Shown one piece after another: positions 30,617 through 40,879 of a stretch of DNA of 64,000 bases. Within the stretch, counting starts at the first letter, position 1; each line of letters begins with the position of its first letter. Under the pieces are notes generated by a model, which had not been told where the DNA came from, made no database searches, and saw only the letters and a list, made by a program, of their open reading frames with translations. The stretch is taken from NCBI GenBank assembly GCA_963817915.1, contig CAWFQL010000016.1, forward strand, positions 256,001 through 320,000. Direction: 5' to 3'. The position numbers and the translations under genes are program-made. This DNA is from an uncultured candidate division Zixibacteria bacterium (GTDB taxonomy: Bacteria > Zixibacteria > MSB-5A5 > UBA10806).

Positions 30617-31903
30617 ATGAAAAAATCGGTCTTGAATCATACTTTAGCTCTGCTTGTTCTCATATTAGCTTGTTCAAGGAATTCCAGCATAATCGATAAT
30701 CCCGGCGATACCCTGACTCCGACCACTCCGGAAAATCTGCGAGGCTACGGAGCATCATCATCTACCGTCAAACTATTTTGGGATGATAAGTCCACTGACG
30801 AGACCGCATTTGTTATCAGGCGACAAAACCCTAATGCCGATACCTTCGTTGTCTCTGGCGAGGTGGGCCCCAATGTGATGACATTTGAAGACCAGGGCCT
30901 GACCGCAAATACCTTTTATACTTATGTCGTATCGGCACAGAATGATGCTGGGGAATCAGCATTATCAACTGTCAAAAGCCTGAAAACCTTAGATACAGAC
31001 ATTACTTTAATAGCTCATAATAGCAATATTGGAAGCAATAATCTTATTCGAGTTTCCGGCAATTACGCGTTCTTAAGCGGTGGAGATTCCACGCTCCATG
31101 TGATCGATGTATCTCAGAGACGATTCCCGGTACTTAGCCAGAATTATTTTACCAATATGGCAATCGGCCAGCTAATTCTCGATGGCGATTATGCCTATAT
31201 TTCATCGCCGTTTCATAGTGGCTATGGAATAAAGATACTAAATAAATCCAACCCTTACGGTCTCTCGCAAGCCTCAGCGATTCAGGGTTACTGGTTCAAT
31301 CATGCGGCTATTCGTAATGGCCGGGCATATTTCGTGAGTATGGGTGATGGACTTTACACATACGACGTTACCAATCCTGCCTCGCCCTCAAATATCGGAA
31401 GTTATTGGACTGCCGATAACAACATGTTCAATCTGATCGCCCTAAATGGCATGTACGCTTATTTAGGCTGCGATAACGATACTATTCAAATTATGAATAT
31501 ATTCGATCCGGTCAATGATTCTCTGGTGAATAGGAAGCCAGGCCAAGGTATTCCGAAGGATTTTTATTTGCTGGGAAATAATCTATTTGTCGCCAATAAT
31601 TCACTCGGCCTGGTTGTGTATGATATTTCCAATCCTGTTGAATGGGGAGCATCGGTCGGATTTTATTATATCCAGGGTGGCGCCAAGAGGGTTATGGCGG
31701 TCGGCCACAATGTTTATGTACTTGATAATGCCAGCAGGCTGCGAATTATTTCCGCTGAAAATATGGCCTTGTTAACTCAGGTGGGGTTTTATGACAGCGA
31801 AGTCGGCTGGGGCAATAATGATTTCTACGCTGATTCTTCGTATGTATATATTGCTGATAATAACGGCCTGACGATTATTCGCTATACACCGCCGGGACAA
31901 TAA
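30617..31903 (+). CDS. Lipoprotein with an FN3 domain and LVIVD beta-propeller repeats
   Basis: MKKSVL..LLVLILAC lipobox; FN3 (PENL..KLFWDD..YTYVVSAQN); repeats like GNYAFL..LHVIDVS and GDYAYI..; start set at ATG 30617. Confidence 0.8.
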   Translation: MKKSVLNHTLALLVLILACSRNSSIIDNPGDTLTPTTPENLRGYGASSSTVKLFWDDKSTDETAFVIRRQNPNADTFVVSGEVGPNVMTFEDQGLTANTFYTYVVSAQNDAGESALSTVKSLKTLDTDITLIAHNSNIGSNNLIRVSGNYAFLSGGDSTLHVIDVSQRRFPVLSQNYFTNMAIGQLILDGDYAYISSPFHSGYGIKILNKSNPYGLSQASAIQGYWFNHAAIRNGRAYFVSMGDGLYTYDVTNPASPSNIGSYWTADNNMFNLIALNGMYAYLGCDNDTIQIMNIFDPVNDSLVNRKPGQGIPKDFYLLGNNLFVANNSLGLVVYDISNPVEWGASVGFYYIQGGAKRVMAVGHNVYVLDNASRLRIISAENMALLTQVGFYDSEVGWGNNDFYADSSYVYIADNNGLTIIRYTPPGQ

Positions 31904-31913
31904 TAGAATCAAT

Positions 31914-32295
31914 TTATTTCTCAATACGTTTGAATCCAATTTGCCTTTTATTAACCTGTGGTGGTTGCATTATTTGTCGGATTGCTGCAAATAAGTTTTG
32001 AATTTGTCGATCATGGCCTCCCATTTTTCGTTCCAATTCATCAATTTTTCCAGCCAGATCTTTGTGTGCGGAAAGAAATTCCCTAAACTTGGCAAATGCG
32101 CGCATAATTAAAATATTTACAGCTATGGCTCGACTACTTCGTAAAACGCTTGAAAGCATAGCGACACCTTGCTCCGTAAATGCACGCGGCAGCTTGCGTC
32201 TTCCTCCCCAACTTGATGTTCCAAATTGGAATTTCAAGTCATTAAATTCATCCAATGTTAATTTGAACATGAAGTCATCAGGAAAACGACCTTTT
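31914..32295 (-). pseudogene. 5'-truncated ORF6N-domain protein
   Basis: RFPDDFMFKLT..GGRRKLPRAFTEQGVAMLSSVLRS..IMRAF..RQIGF; the usual N-terminal part is replaced by a REP cluster. Confidence 0.75.
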
Positions 32296-32432
32296 GTCGG
32301 GTTTTCGTCCGGTGCGGACTCAAACTCCGACCTACAGCTCGCTAAAGCCTGTCATTCCGCATCCGTCGGTTGCCGGACTCCAAGGGAGCTTGATGCGGAA
32401 TCCATCCTACCTGTCGGGGCAAGCGACTCGAT
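32296..32432. repeat. REP-like cluster
   Basis: gtcgggttttc..actccgacCTAC (32296-32335); gcctgtcattccgca[27 nt]cttgatgcggaatccatcct (32347-32408). Confidence 0.8.
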
Positions 32433-32443
32433 AAAATAAATTT

Positions 32444-33229
32444 TCATTCGAATTTAAATCCCCGGCTATCCAAAAATTTCCTCATATGCGCCCGCAAAAC
32501 CTTAAGATCGCTAGAGGCAATTCTGCGCGATGAATGCTCACTCCATCCGTAATCATCATCTGGCAAAATTGGAAATTCGGGTGATTTGATTTTACGTCCG
32601 GGGCCGTCGTATAATCCTGTAGCTCTAATTATATTGTCGTATTCGATTATAAGATTTTCGAAATTGGAGTCATTGTATTCTTCCTGATGAATTATCAATT
32701 CAGGCAACATTCGCGGCTTCACCATTGGATCATGGTCGGGGTAGCCGAGACATATCCCCATCAATGGAAACACCTTTTCGGGCAATTTCAAAACCTTGCT
32801 GACTTCATCGGGATTATTGCGAATACCGCCTATCATGCAGACTCCAAGCCCCGACGCCTCAGCCGCCACCAAAATATTTTGCGCGACCAAGGCCGCATCG
32901 ACAACTGCGACGATGAATATTTCGATATATTTATCATTCATCGAATAATCCCTCATCCTGGCAACTTTGTCCAACCGATATAGGTCTGGGCATATCGCGA
33001 GAAATACCGGGCATCTCTCGACCCAAGGCTGATCGCCGCAAAGTGTTGACAGCACTTTCTTCTTAATGGGATCCCTGACTACGATAATTGAGTATGCTTG
33101 AAGATTCGAGGATGTCGGCGCCTGCCGGGCGGAATTCAGAATGTTATTTAGCAGCTCATCCGATATCGGATCGGGCTTGTATTTTCTTATCGAACGATGC
33201 GAGCTCAGGAGCTTGAAGATATTATCCAT
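32444..33229 (-). CDS. NADPH-dependent nitroreductase (NfsA/NfrA family)
   Basis: SHRSIRKY, APTSSNLQAYS, DAALVAQN, IGGIRN, KPRM. Confidence 0.92.
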   Translation of the reverse strand: MDNIFKLLSSHRSIRKYKPDPISDELLNNILNSARQAPTSSNLQAYSIIVVRDPIKKKVLSTLCGDQPWVERCPVFLAICPDLYRLDKVARMRDYSMNDKYIEIFIVAVVDAALVAQNILVAAEASGLGVCMIGGIRNNPDEVSKVLKLPEKVFPLMGICLGYPDHDPMVKPRMLPELIIHQEEYNDSNFENLIIEYDNIIRATGLYDGPGRKIKSPEFPILPDDDYGWSEHSSRRIASSDLKVLRAHMRKFLDSRGFKFE

Positions 33230-33287
33230 GAACAATATCTATCTTGAATTTGAATATGAAGCAAGAAATTATTAATTTAATGGACGG

Positions 33288-33313
33288 GTAGGTCAGGTCG
33301 CCTGCGACCTGAC
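33288..33313 (+). repeat. GTAG-type REP
   Basis: GTAGgtcaggtcgcctgcgacctgac; reverse-complement copy at 26323-26348. Confidence 0.8.
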
Positions 33314-33340
33314 GATGATATGATATCCGGATGCTGTTTT

Positions 33341-34051
33341 TTATTTTCTAAATATCAGCCCAAACCTCACGGGCACAAATGCTATTTTGCCGGGCCAAGT
33401 ATTGCCCTTTATATAGGTAAAATCAAATAATATGGCAACATGTCTTCCAAGCTTGTAATCTACACCCGCCCCTGCCAAAAACGCCCCTGCGCTTTTGTAA
33501 CTGATTTTAACGAATGGCAGATCAATTGAATTGCTTCTAATCTCAGTTCTTGATCTATGAAGATATCCAAATCCGATTGATATAAAGGGCACTATCTTCT
33601 TTGATTCATGCGTCAACATAAATTTCGCTCGAAATATCCCCGTAACGACATTGACATCCCTACCCCAAGTTGCGTTCACTTCCATATACGGATAGGAGAT
33701 TAGCGATCCCGATTTATCAAAACTAAAATTGTCATATTCCAATTCAAACCAATTTTGCTGATACCCCTGCCAAATTGAAAAGGGTATCCGCGCGCCAGCC
33801 GCAAGAGAAAATCCGCCAGTGTATAAGTCACTAAATGCACTATTTCCTGCAGGTCCGGTAGAGCCCATGGAAATGAAGAACTCCGTTATTCCACCCTCTG
33901 ATGCTAATGAAATTGAAAAAGCGCTGAAAAATATTAAAGCCGATGTCCTTAGATAAATACAAATCTTTCTCGGGACGACGCCAAAACCGAATGTACTATG
34001 CGCCTTTATTGTGTTCCTGTTATCCATAATAATTTCCCTTACATAATCCAA
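33341..34051 (-). CDS. Small outer-membrane beta-barrel protein
   Basis: Amphipathic strands (PFISIGFGY, AGAGVDYKL, VPVRFGLIF); start uncertain. Confidence 0.65.
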   Translation of the reverse strand: MDYVREIIMDNRNTIKAHSTFGFGVVPRKICIYLRTSALIFFSAFSISLASEGGITEFFISMGSTGPAGNSAFSDLYTGGFSLAAGARIPFSIWQGYQQNWFELEYDNFSFDKSGSLISYPYMEVNATWGRDVNVVTGIFRAKFMLTHESKKIVPFISIGFGYLHRSRTEIRSNSIDLPFVKISYKSAGAFLAGAGVDYKLGRHVAILFDFTYIKGNTWPGKIAFVPVRFGLIFRK

Positions 34052-34980
34052 CCTGTACGCGTAAACGATTTATCCCAAATCCTGCTTCTAAAATTGACAA
34101 TGAAATTGTTATCGTAATCTACGACACTGAATCCGGATGGTTCGCAATTGATGTTTATTATTTCACCGAATTCAAAAAGGATGTCTCGGAAGCAATAATC
34201 TGTCTTAACTTCATAGATATTGCCCGATAGCGAAATCGCAGTCAATCTCTTCCCATTCTGATCTGCGACAATAAAAAGCCCATTGCAAATACCGAATGCA
34301 GTGATGTTTGCTAGATAGCTAGTAGAAAGAACTCGGCCCGTTGCCCGGCCGTCTAGATAAAACTCCTTTATACTGTCATTTGATTTATCCAATACATACA
34401 ATTTATCGCCCCAACAAACAATTGACGACGGACCGGTTCCAGCCATGAAGCGCGACTTAAATTGGCCGTTCAAATCATATACTTTGACAGAATTATCTCC
34501 AGAATCCAGCACGTATACATTGCCGAAAGTATCGGTGGCCGCGTAGATAGCGTTAATCAGCCTTGAAGAATCAGGTCCAGTATTCCCAAATTCTGAAACT
34601 ATATTATGGTAGATATGAAAGACAACGCATTTTGTGGGGGTAATGATAACAACGCTGTCTTCCCTGGGCACTATATCCACTATATCGCATATCGTATCGC
34701 TCTGGCAAATTTGCTTCAAATCGTAAATTGTGGTGGAATCTATATTATTGCCATACCGATGATTGACGATCAAGGTTCCATTCGATAATAGAATATCCTC
34801 GGAATTGGATGATTTTATTGGAGCCAAATATGGACGCGTGCTTGTAATTCCAACGCAATAATAATCACCAGATCCGCAGCCAGTATCTCTCGGGCCGCAG
34901 GAGAAAATAAATGCCAATGCTATCAAAGAGATAAAACCGTAAATAATTAGCGGGCTCTTATTGAGAGATATTTTAATCAT
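34039..34980 (-). CDS. Lipoprotein with an NHL-repeat beta-propeller
   Basis: Lipobox FIFSC; ATDTFGNVYVLDSGDNSVKVYD, LYVLDKSNDSIKEF. Confidence 0.7.
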   Translation of the reverse strand: MIKISLNKSPLIIYGFISLIALAFIFSCGPRDTGCGSGDYYCVGITSTRPYLAPIKSSNSEDILLSNGTLIVNHRYGNNIDSTTIYDLKQICQSDTICDIVDIVPREDSVVIITPTKCVVFHIYHNIVSEFGNTGPDSSRLINAIYAATDTFGNVYVLDSGDNSVKVYDLNGQFKSRFMAGTGPSSIVCWGDKLYVLDKSNDSIKEFYLDGRATGRVLSTSYLANITAFGICNGLFIVADQNGKRLTAISLSGNIYEVKTDYCFRDILFEFGEIININCEPSGFSVVDYDNNFIVNFRSRIWDKSFTRTGWIM

Positions 34981-35036
34981 TTGATATATTATACAAAATA
35001 ATGGGGAAAATATTCCACTATTTTCTCATTATTGAA

Positions 35037-35278
35037 TCGCCTGGTCAGCATGCGAGCGACTCGAAAAGTCAAGTTTGCGCGTCAGGGCTTGCCCTGACCG
35101 CAAACAATGCAAGGATGCGGTCACGGTAAACCGTGACTCGCAGGACGAAGCCGTCATTTCCCAGGGGAAATGACCTACTGCCTGTCATTCCGCACTTGAT
35201 GCGGAATCCATCCTAACTGTCGGGTCAGGCGACCAGGCAGCACGAATTATGCGGGCCGACACATAGGTCGGCCCCTAC
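35037..35278. repeat. Mosaic cluster of REP-like palindromes
   Basis: 35075-35145 doublet; gtcatttcccaggggaaatgacCTAC; gcctgtcattccgcacttgatgcggaatccatcct; gggccgacacataggtcggcccCTAC. Confidence 0.85.
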
Positions 35279-35288
35279 AATAAGTTTT

Positions 35289-36578
35289 TTATTCTCTATC
35301 GATCTTCAGCTTCAAAAAATGCACGGAGCAGGAGATGCAGGGGTCGTAATTGCGCACCGCTTGCTCGCATTGCAGTGTCAGCTTTTCAGTGGAGAGCCTG
35401 GCGTTTGCCTTAACGAATTCGATGACATCCTTTTCGATAGTCGCCATATTCTGCGATGTCGGCGGAACGATTTTGGCATCCTGTATAAAACCATCCTGAT
35501 CGATTTTGTATCTATGATAACATATCCCGCGCGGAGCCTCGGATATCCCGTGGCCGGTGGCGATTTTCGGTGTCACTTCGATAAACGGCTCTTTCGGCAT
35601 TTGGTATTGGTCAATTATTTTCAGGGCTTCCTCGAACGCGTAAACAGTCTCGACCGCCCTGACGATAATGCTCTTGAATGGATTATGGAGTTCCATCTCA
35701 AGGCCGATCGTCTTTGCGATCTTTTGGGCTTTTGGAGTCAGCTTTTCGAAATTGAGGTTATATCTGGCGATAGGGCCGACAAAATAATTGCTTCGCCGTT
35801 TTATCCGTGAATGAAGCGCAGTGGATCGTTCTTCATGAATCTCCTCGAAGTGATTGGGATATTCGTCAATCGCGATATCGAGTCCTTTATTGGAAACCAG
35901 CCGCCCTTCGAATAACGGATATTCGTCCGGGTGTTTCAATGATACGAATTCATAATCCTGCTCGAAATCGGGAAAATTGAATGTCGCAACTAATTTGACA
36001 GTTTCGATCGCTGCATCCAAACCCCATTTCAATTTATCCACAAGGCTATTTAATTCGCTCTTTGAGGGTACTTTGTAAAATCCGCCGACTCGCATATTGA
36101 CCGGATGAATCTCACGGCCGCCAATAATTGTCATTAGATCGTTGCCGATTTTCTTCATTTCCAGGGCGCGTTTGACAACATCGGGCATATCGGCCGCGAG
36201 CTTGATCGCGTCTTCATAGCCGAGAAAATCAGGCGCGTGCAACATATAGGCATGCAGAACATGACTCTCGATCCATTCACCCATATATATAAGCCGTCTC
36301 AACGCTCTCAATTGCCCCTCGACTTTAACACCGCAGGCATTCTCCATAGCTGTGACCGAGCTTGTCTGGTAGGCGATAGGGCAGATGCCGCAAATTCGGG
36401 CCGTAATATCCGGGGCTTCGGTGAATTTTCTGCCGCGCAGGAACGCTTCGAAAAATCTTGGCGGCTCGAATATTTTTAGTTGGGCGTCGACAACCTTATC
36501 ATTTTTTATTTTCACATAGAGCGAGCCTTCGCCCTCGACCCGCGCCAGATAATCGACTTTTATGGTTCTACTTTTCAT
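35289..36578 (-). CDS. Group 3b [NiFe]-hydrogenase large (alpha) subunit
   Basis: ARVEGEG, L1 [23 protein letters not shown]2 [12 protein letters not shown] with a cleavable C-terminal tail. Confidence 0.93.
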   Translation of the reverse strand: MKSRTIKVDYLARVEGEGSLYVKIKNDKVVDAQLKIFEPPRFFEAFLRGRKFTEAPDITARICGICPIAYQTSSVTAMENACGVKVEGQLRALRRLIYMGEWIESHVLHAYMLHAPDFLGYEDAIKLAADMPDVVKRALEMKKIGNDLMTIIGGREIHPVNMRVGGFYKVPSKSELNSLVDKLKWGLDAAIETVKLVATFNFPDFEQDYEFVSLKHPDEYPLFEGRLVSNKGLDIAIDEYPNHFEEIHEERSTALHSRIKRRSNYFVGPIARYNLNFEKLTPKAQKIAKTIGLEMELHNPFKSIIVRAVETVYAFEEALKIIDQYQMPKEPFIEVTPKIATGHGISEAPRGICYHRYKIDQDGFIQDAKIVPPTSQNMATIEKDVIEFVKANARLSTEKLTLQCEQAVRNYDPCISCSVHFLKLKIDRE

Positions 36579-37350
36579 GGGCTTCGCTCTCTTTGCGGAA
36601 TTTCTCGGATGTGGCGTTGTAGCTGCGGAAGGCTCTCATGATATCGTTGTCCGACTGACCCAATTTGTCGGCCATCCATTGGCTGAGCGATTGGGTATTC
36701 GGCTTTTCCTTGGGGCCGAAACAGCTATAGCATCCGCGATTAAACGATGGACATATCGCGCCGCAACCAGCGTGCGTGACCGGCCCCATGCATGGAGTGC
36801 CATGAGCGACCATCACACAAACCGCGCCGCGCCTTTTGCATTCCATGCAGACACTGTAAGACGGAGTGTTCGGAGTCCGGCCATTCAGGAACGCGCTCAA
36901 TACTTCCACTAACTGGTATTTATTGATTGGACAGCCCCTCAACTGGAAATCGACTGGTATGTGATCGGAAATAGGAGTCGACTTGCCTAACGTCTCAATA
37001 TAGTTCGGCGATGCATAGACAATCGATTTGAATTCGTTTACGTCCTTAAAATCGCGTAGTGCCTGTATCCCGCCCGATGTCGCACACGCGCCGATCGTGA
37101 CCAAAAATTTCGATGCCCGGCGAACCTTATGTATTCTCTCGGCGTCGTGCGAATTGGTAATCGACCCTTCTACAAGCGAAAGATCGTAAGGCCCCTTGAC
37201 AATCGCCCGCGAGGCCTCGGGAAAATTGGCAATATCGACTGCGCCGGCGACCGCGAGTAATTCATTCTCGCAATCAAGCAGGCTCAATTGGCAGCCATCG
37301 CATGAGGCGAATTTCCAGACTGCAAGTTTCGGTTTTTTCTTTAATGTCAT
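36568..37350 (-). CDS. Group 3b hydrogenase small (delta) subunit
   Basis: [28 protein letters not shown]-terminal Fe-S Cys clusters. Confidence 0.92.
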   Translation of the reverse strand: MTLKKKPKLAVWKFASCDGCQLSLLDCENELLAVAGAVDIANFPEASRAIVKGPYDLSLVEGSITNSHDAERIHKVRRASKFLVTIGACATSGGIQALRDFKDVNEFKSIVYASPNYIETLGKSTPISDHIPVDFQLRGCPINKYQLVEVLSAFLNGRTPNTPSYSVCMECKRRGAVCVMVAHGTPCMGPVTHAGCGAICPSFNRGCYSCFGPKEKPNTQSLSQWMADKLGQSDNDIMRAFRSYNATSEKFRKESEAHEK

Positions 37351-37351
37351 A

Positions 37352-38212
37352 TTATAATTCTCGTTTTCCGAATAAATCCTTTATCTGGGCATAGGTGAAT
37401 ACAGCTCCGTCTTTGCAGATGAATGTCGGACCGTACTGGCAATGACCGCAGAGCCCGATGCCGCATTTCATGTTTCGTTCCATAGAAAGATAGATATTTT
37501 CATAATCGATACCGCGGCGATTCAATTCCTGTATCGAAAAGCGCATCATCACTTCCGGTCCGCAGACCATACCGATAGCGTTTTGCGGATTGAATGACGA
37601 ACGCGCTATCAGAGTAGTCACAACTCCGACATTCCCGGCCCAGGGCCCGACTGCTCTATCGACAGAAATATGAACACTGATCTTCTTTTGCTTTTTCCAG
37701 CCCCAGAGCTCTTTGGAGAATAAAATATCATCCGGAGTTCTTGCCCCAAAATCGACAATCACCTTGCCATACATATCGCGATTTGAAAGGATATGATATA
37801 TCGACGGCCTCAGGGGCGCCAGGCCGATACCGCCAGCCACGATAAAGATATCTTTGCCAACTGCCTTGTCGACCGGCCATTTAGTGCCGAAAGGTCCTCT
37901 GACACCGATAGTATCGCCGGCCTTCATCTTTCGCATTGCGGCTGTGACCGAACCAACCGAGCGAATGGTATGGATCAGCTTTCCGTTATCTCCGGGATCG
38001 CCGCTGATTGAGATCGGGACTTCGCCAACACCGAACGCGTAGAGCATGTTGAATTGCCCGGGACTGAATGAGAAACCATTACCGTCGGTTGGTTTTAATT
38101 CGAGCGTGAAGGTATCATGAGTTTCGCGCCGATAGTTCGTAATCTCGAATGGCCTGCAGGTCATCGGATCGATGTTGGGAATTATTTCTTTTTGCGCTAA
38201 TTTATTTTGCAT
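37352..38212 (-). CDS. Group 3b hydrogenase gamma subunit (FAD/NAD(P)-binding, 2Fe-2S)
   Basis: [47 protein letters not shown]. Confidence 0.92.
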   Translation of the reverse strand: MQNKLAQKEIIPNIDPMTCRPFEITNYRRETHDTFTLELKPTDGNGFSFSPGQFNMLYAFGVGEVPISISGDPGDNGKLIHTIRSVGSVTAAMRKMKAGDTIGVRGPFGTKWPVDKAVGKDIFIVAGGIGLAPLRPSIYHILSNRDMYGKVIVDFGARTPDDILFSKELWGWKKQKKISVHISVDRAVGPWAGNVGVVTTLIARSSFNPQNAIGMVCGPEVMMRFSIQELNRRGIDYENIYLSMERNMKCGIGLCGHCQYGPTFICKDGAVFTYAQIKDLFGKREL

Positions 38213-38657
38213 ATAAATCCAACAATTGGAATCTGGCGTCATTAAGCCGTTGCTCGATCAGATAGGCAAAACGCTTCATCAATTCATATCCAAGACCGCT
38301 ATCCGCCTCGCATTTATTTCTCAGGCAGACACCATCGAGCGCGATCGCCCGCGTTGTCTCTAATACCTTGGCATCGAAATGCCATTTATACGGTGGTATC
38401 AGCCACGACCAACCCAGCACGTCGCCATCGTCCACGGTCGTTATCGCTGCTTCACCTTTTTCGGGGGAATAAAAATTAATTGAAACCTTGCCCTGACGAA
38501 TAAGATAGAAATTGTCGGCATCGGTGCCATCCCGAAATATATATTGCCCCGCATCGAATTTGACATTGGATGAACAGCCAACAATCAATTTTATATATTC
38601 CGGTTTGAGACCCTGCAAAAAGGGATGCTCTGTCAAATAACGATCGAGTGTCTCCAT
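38202..38657 (-). CDS. Stand-alone cyclic nucleotide-binding (Crp-like, no HTH) protein
   Basis: HPFLQGL, FDAGQYIFRDG..ADNFYLIRQGKV, GDVLGWSWL; 151 aa. Confidence 0.85.
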   Translation of the reverse strand: METLDRYLTEHPFLQGLKPEYIKLIVGCSSNVKFDAGQYIFRDGTDADNFYLIRQGKVSINFYSPEKGEAAITTVDDGDVLGWSWLIPPYKWHFDAKVLETTRAIALDGVCLRNKCEADSGLGYELMKRFAYLIEQRLNDARFQLLDLYAK

Positions 38658-38658
38658 A

Positions 38659-39825
38659 TTATTTCTCCTTCATTGACATAGTTGCCGCATTAACGATATC
38701 GTTATCGCGAATCGCCTGCGCTTCCTCCGTAATATCAATGGCTACAGGGCACCAGGTAATACACCTCCCGCAACCAACACATCCCGACATTCCAAATTGA
38801 TCGATCCAGTTGGCCAATTTGTGCGTCATCCACTGACGATAACGAGATTTCGAGGAGTAACGGATTTTACCGCCGTGGATATATGAAAAATCGATGGAAA
38901 AGCACGAATCCCATTTGCGCCATCGTTCGGCGTGACTCCCGGTCAGATCGCTGGAATCCTCGGCGCTCGAACAAAAACAGGTCGGGCAAACCATAGTGCA
39001 ATTGCTGCACGCAAGACAGCGCGCCGCCACCACATCCCAACGCGGATGATCAAAATTACGATTTAGAATATTCTTAATATCTTCAGTGTTGAGCGTTTTT
39101 CCCATATGCCCCGCCGTGAGCAGAATGACTTCATCGGCATTCCTTTTTTCGTCCTCGCTCGCTAAGCGAAAGGGGATTTCGGAGAAAACCTCGGCGCCGA
39201 TATCAGATCCGATATTAACCAGAAAGTAATGCCTGTCGCCTTTGATAATTTCAGTTAACGCCAGATCGAAGCCGCTATATACTTTTGGTCCGGTTCTCAT
39301 GGAAACACAAAAGCAATTGCCGCCCGCGTAGCCGCAATTGACAGCCAAGACAAAGGTTTGTTCCCGACGGGTCTTATAAATCGAATCTTTAAAATCGCCG
39401 TCTCTGAAAATCTTGTCCTGTATTTCTATCGCGTGAAGCTCGCACGAACGAACTCCGATGAAGGCCATCTTGTCCACGGAATTATTGCTTTCATTAAAAT
39501 CGATAGTCCCATTATTGCGATTGGCTTCCCACAATTTTCGTTCGGATGGGAAGAGAAATTTTTTCCAGGAGGATATTCCCACCGAATATCCGAAAAGCGC
39601 GTTATCGTAGCGTTTCTTCAGGCGATATTTACCGCCCTCTTGTTCATCGCTCCATCCGATCGGCAGGTCGGCCTCATTCGCGATTTCATCGTAACCAATA
39701 GCCTTGTCGCGAATCATTGGGCCGTAAAGCTTGAATTTTCTTTTTGCCAACGCGTCAAGCAGATTTTGAAAATTACCTCGCTCCAAAATATACTGAGCGT
39801 CTCTATTAATATGTGATTCTACCAT
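38659..39825 (-). CDS. Group 3b hydrogenase beta subunit (4Fe-4S dicluster)
   Basis: GVRSCE, NCFC, RCLACSNCTMVCPTCFC, GCVGCGRCITWCP. Confidence 0.92.
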   Translation of the reverse strand: MVESHINRDAQYILERGNFQNLLDALAKRKFKLYGPMIRDKAIGYDEIANEADLPIGWSDEQEGGKYRLKKRYDNALFGYSVGISSWKKFLFPSERKLWEANRNNGTIDFNESNNSVDKMAFIGVRSCELHAIEIQDKIFRDGDFKDSIYKTRREQTFVLAVNCGYAGGNCFCVSMRTGPKVYSGFDLALTEIIKGDRHYFLVNIGSDIGAEVFSEIPFRLASEDEKRNADEVILLTAGHMGKTLNTEDIKNILNRNFDHPRWDVVAARCLACSNCTMVCPTCFCSSAEDSSDLTGSHAERWRKWDSCFSIDFSYIHGGKIRYSSKSRYRQWMTHKLANWIDQFGMSGCVGCGRCITWCPVAIDITEEAQAIRDNDIVNAATMSMKEK

Positions 39826-40438
39826 GACACCAACTTCCCTGATTGAGATATTAGATTATTGCCATCCAATATCGGAATAATCCTGTAAGCGCTTATGAAA
39901 AATTGTACATCAGATTTTCTATTACACACATCGAACCCCGCCACCCTATTAATTGATTGGCAGATTGTCCATCTCTCCACCTCGGAGATGAGGCATCCGC
40001 CAATTTTGTCGAGCATTATTATATTCTTTGATATCTATCACTGTCAAGATAATTGGCTGATTGAATGCGTCATCAATCATATATATTATCTATTAATAAT
40101 ATCATTTATTTCCATTATGTTCGGCCGAGCTCTGAAATTTCTTTTTATATTTACCTGACTTTCACCAACCCCCTTCAAATTACCGGGCCAATCATGCCTG
40201 GAGCCCGTGGCCTCATTACGAGAATACCCAGGGATTTCATTTTTTAAAACCCCTTGCCATTTAGGCCAAAATCAATTAAGAATAGTATAATTGTAGCGCC
40301 ACTTTATCGATATCAAGTCGCGATATCGGATAGAGAGGTATTACCCGAAAATCAGCATTGGATACCGGGTTATCATTGAGAAACTAATAATGACAAAATG
40401 GTGTTGTTTTAATCTAATAAGATTAATTGGGAGGATTT

Positions 40439-40777
40439 ATGAAGCTAACAACGCGCGAAGATAGTGGAGTCATGATCTTAGAGCCAAAAGGTAAAATTAT
40501 GGGCGGGCCCGATGCCACAATTCTGCATGACCAGCTCCATGATTATATAGACCAAAACAAGAAAAAAGTCGTTATCGATCTCTCCAAGGTAGAATGGATG
40601 AATTCCACCGGTCTCGGAATACTCATCTCCGGTTTGACGACACTGCGCAATAACGGCGGCGAACTCAAACTTGCCTGTGTTACCGATAAAATCGAATCCC
40701 TTCTCACTATTACCAAGCTCATCACAGTTTTCGAAAGCTTCGATACCGTGGAGGATGCGGTAAAAAGCTTTTCTTGA
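40439..40777 (+). CDS. Anti-sigma factor antagonist (STAS; RsbV/SpoIIAA-like)
   Basis: VVIDLSKVEWMNSTGLGILI phospho-Ser motif; GGAGG RBS. Confidence 0.93.
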   Translation: MKLTTREDSGVMILEPKGKIMGGPDATILHDQLHDYIDQNKKKVVIDLSKVEWMNSTGLGILISGLTTLRNNGGELKLACVTDKIESLLTITKLITVFESFDTVEDAVKSFS

Positions 40778-40834
40778 TCCACCCCAACGATTACCGGGGC
40801 AGGGTTTTTCTGGATTTCAAAGCTCCTTCGCGAC

Positions 40835-40863
40835 AGGTGGGTCAATTCGTCCCACCTTTTTTA
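40835..40863 (+). terminator. Intrinsic terminator between the STAS and anti-sigma genes
   Basis: aggtggg-N9-cccacct followed by a T-tract. Confidence 0.55.
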
Positions 40864-40879
40864 TTGAAAATCCCGGAGA

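Noticed and set aside
32062..32439. 125-aa plus-strand ORF
   Set aside because: Antisense to the ORF6N remnant and running through REP palindromes
24308..35278. CRISPR array or integron attC array
   Set aside because: The repeats are heterogeneous, irregularly spaced palindromes without constant-length spacers, and there is no cas or integron integrase gene in the window
35289..35360. Selenocysteine ([NiFeSe]) hydrogenase
   Set aside because: The L2 motif is DPCISC with ordinary Cys codons and no in-frame TGA
36033..36042. DnaA box TTATCCACA
   Set aside because: A single copy inside the hydrogenase CDS; no cluster near rpmH
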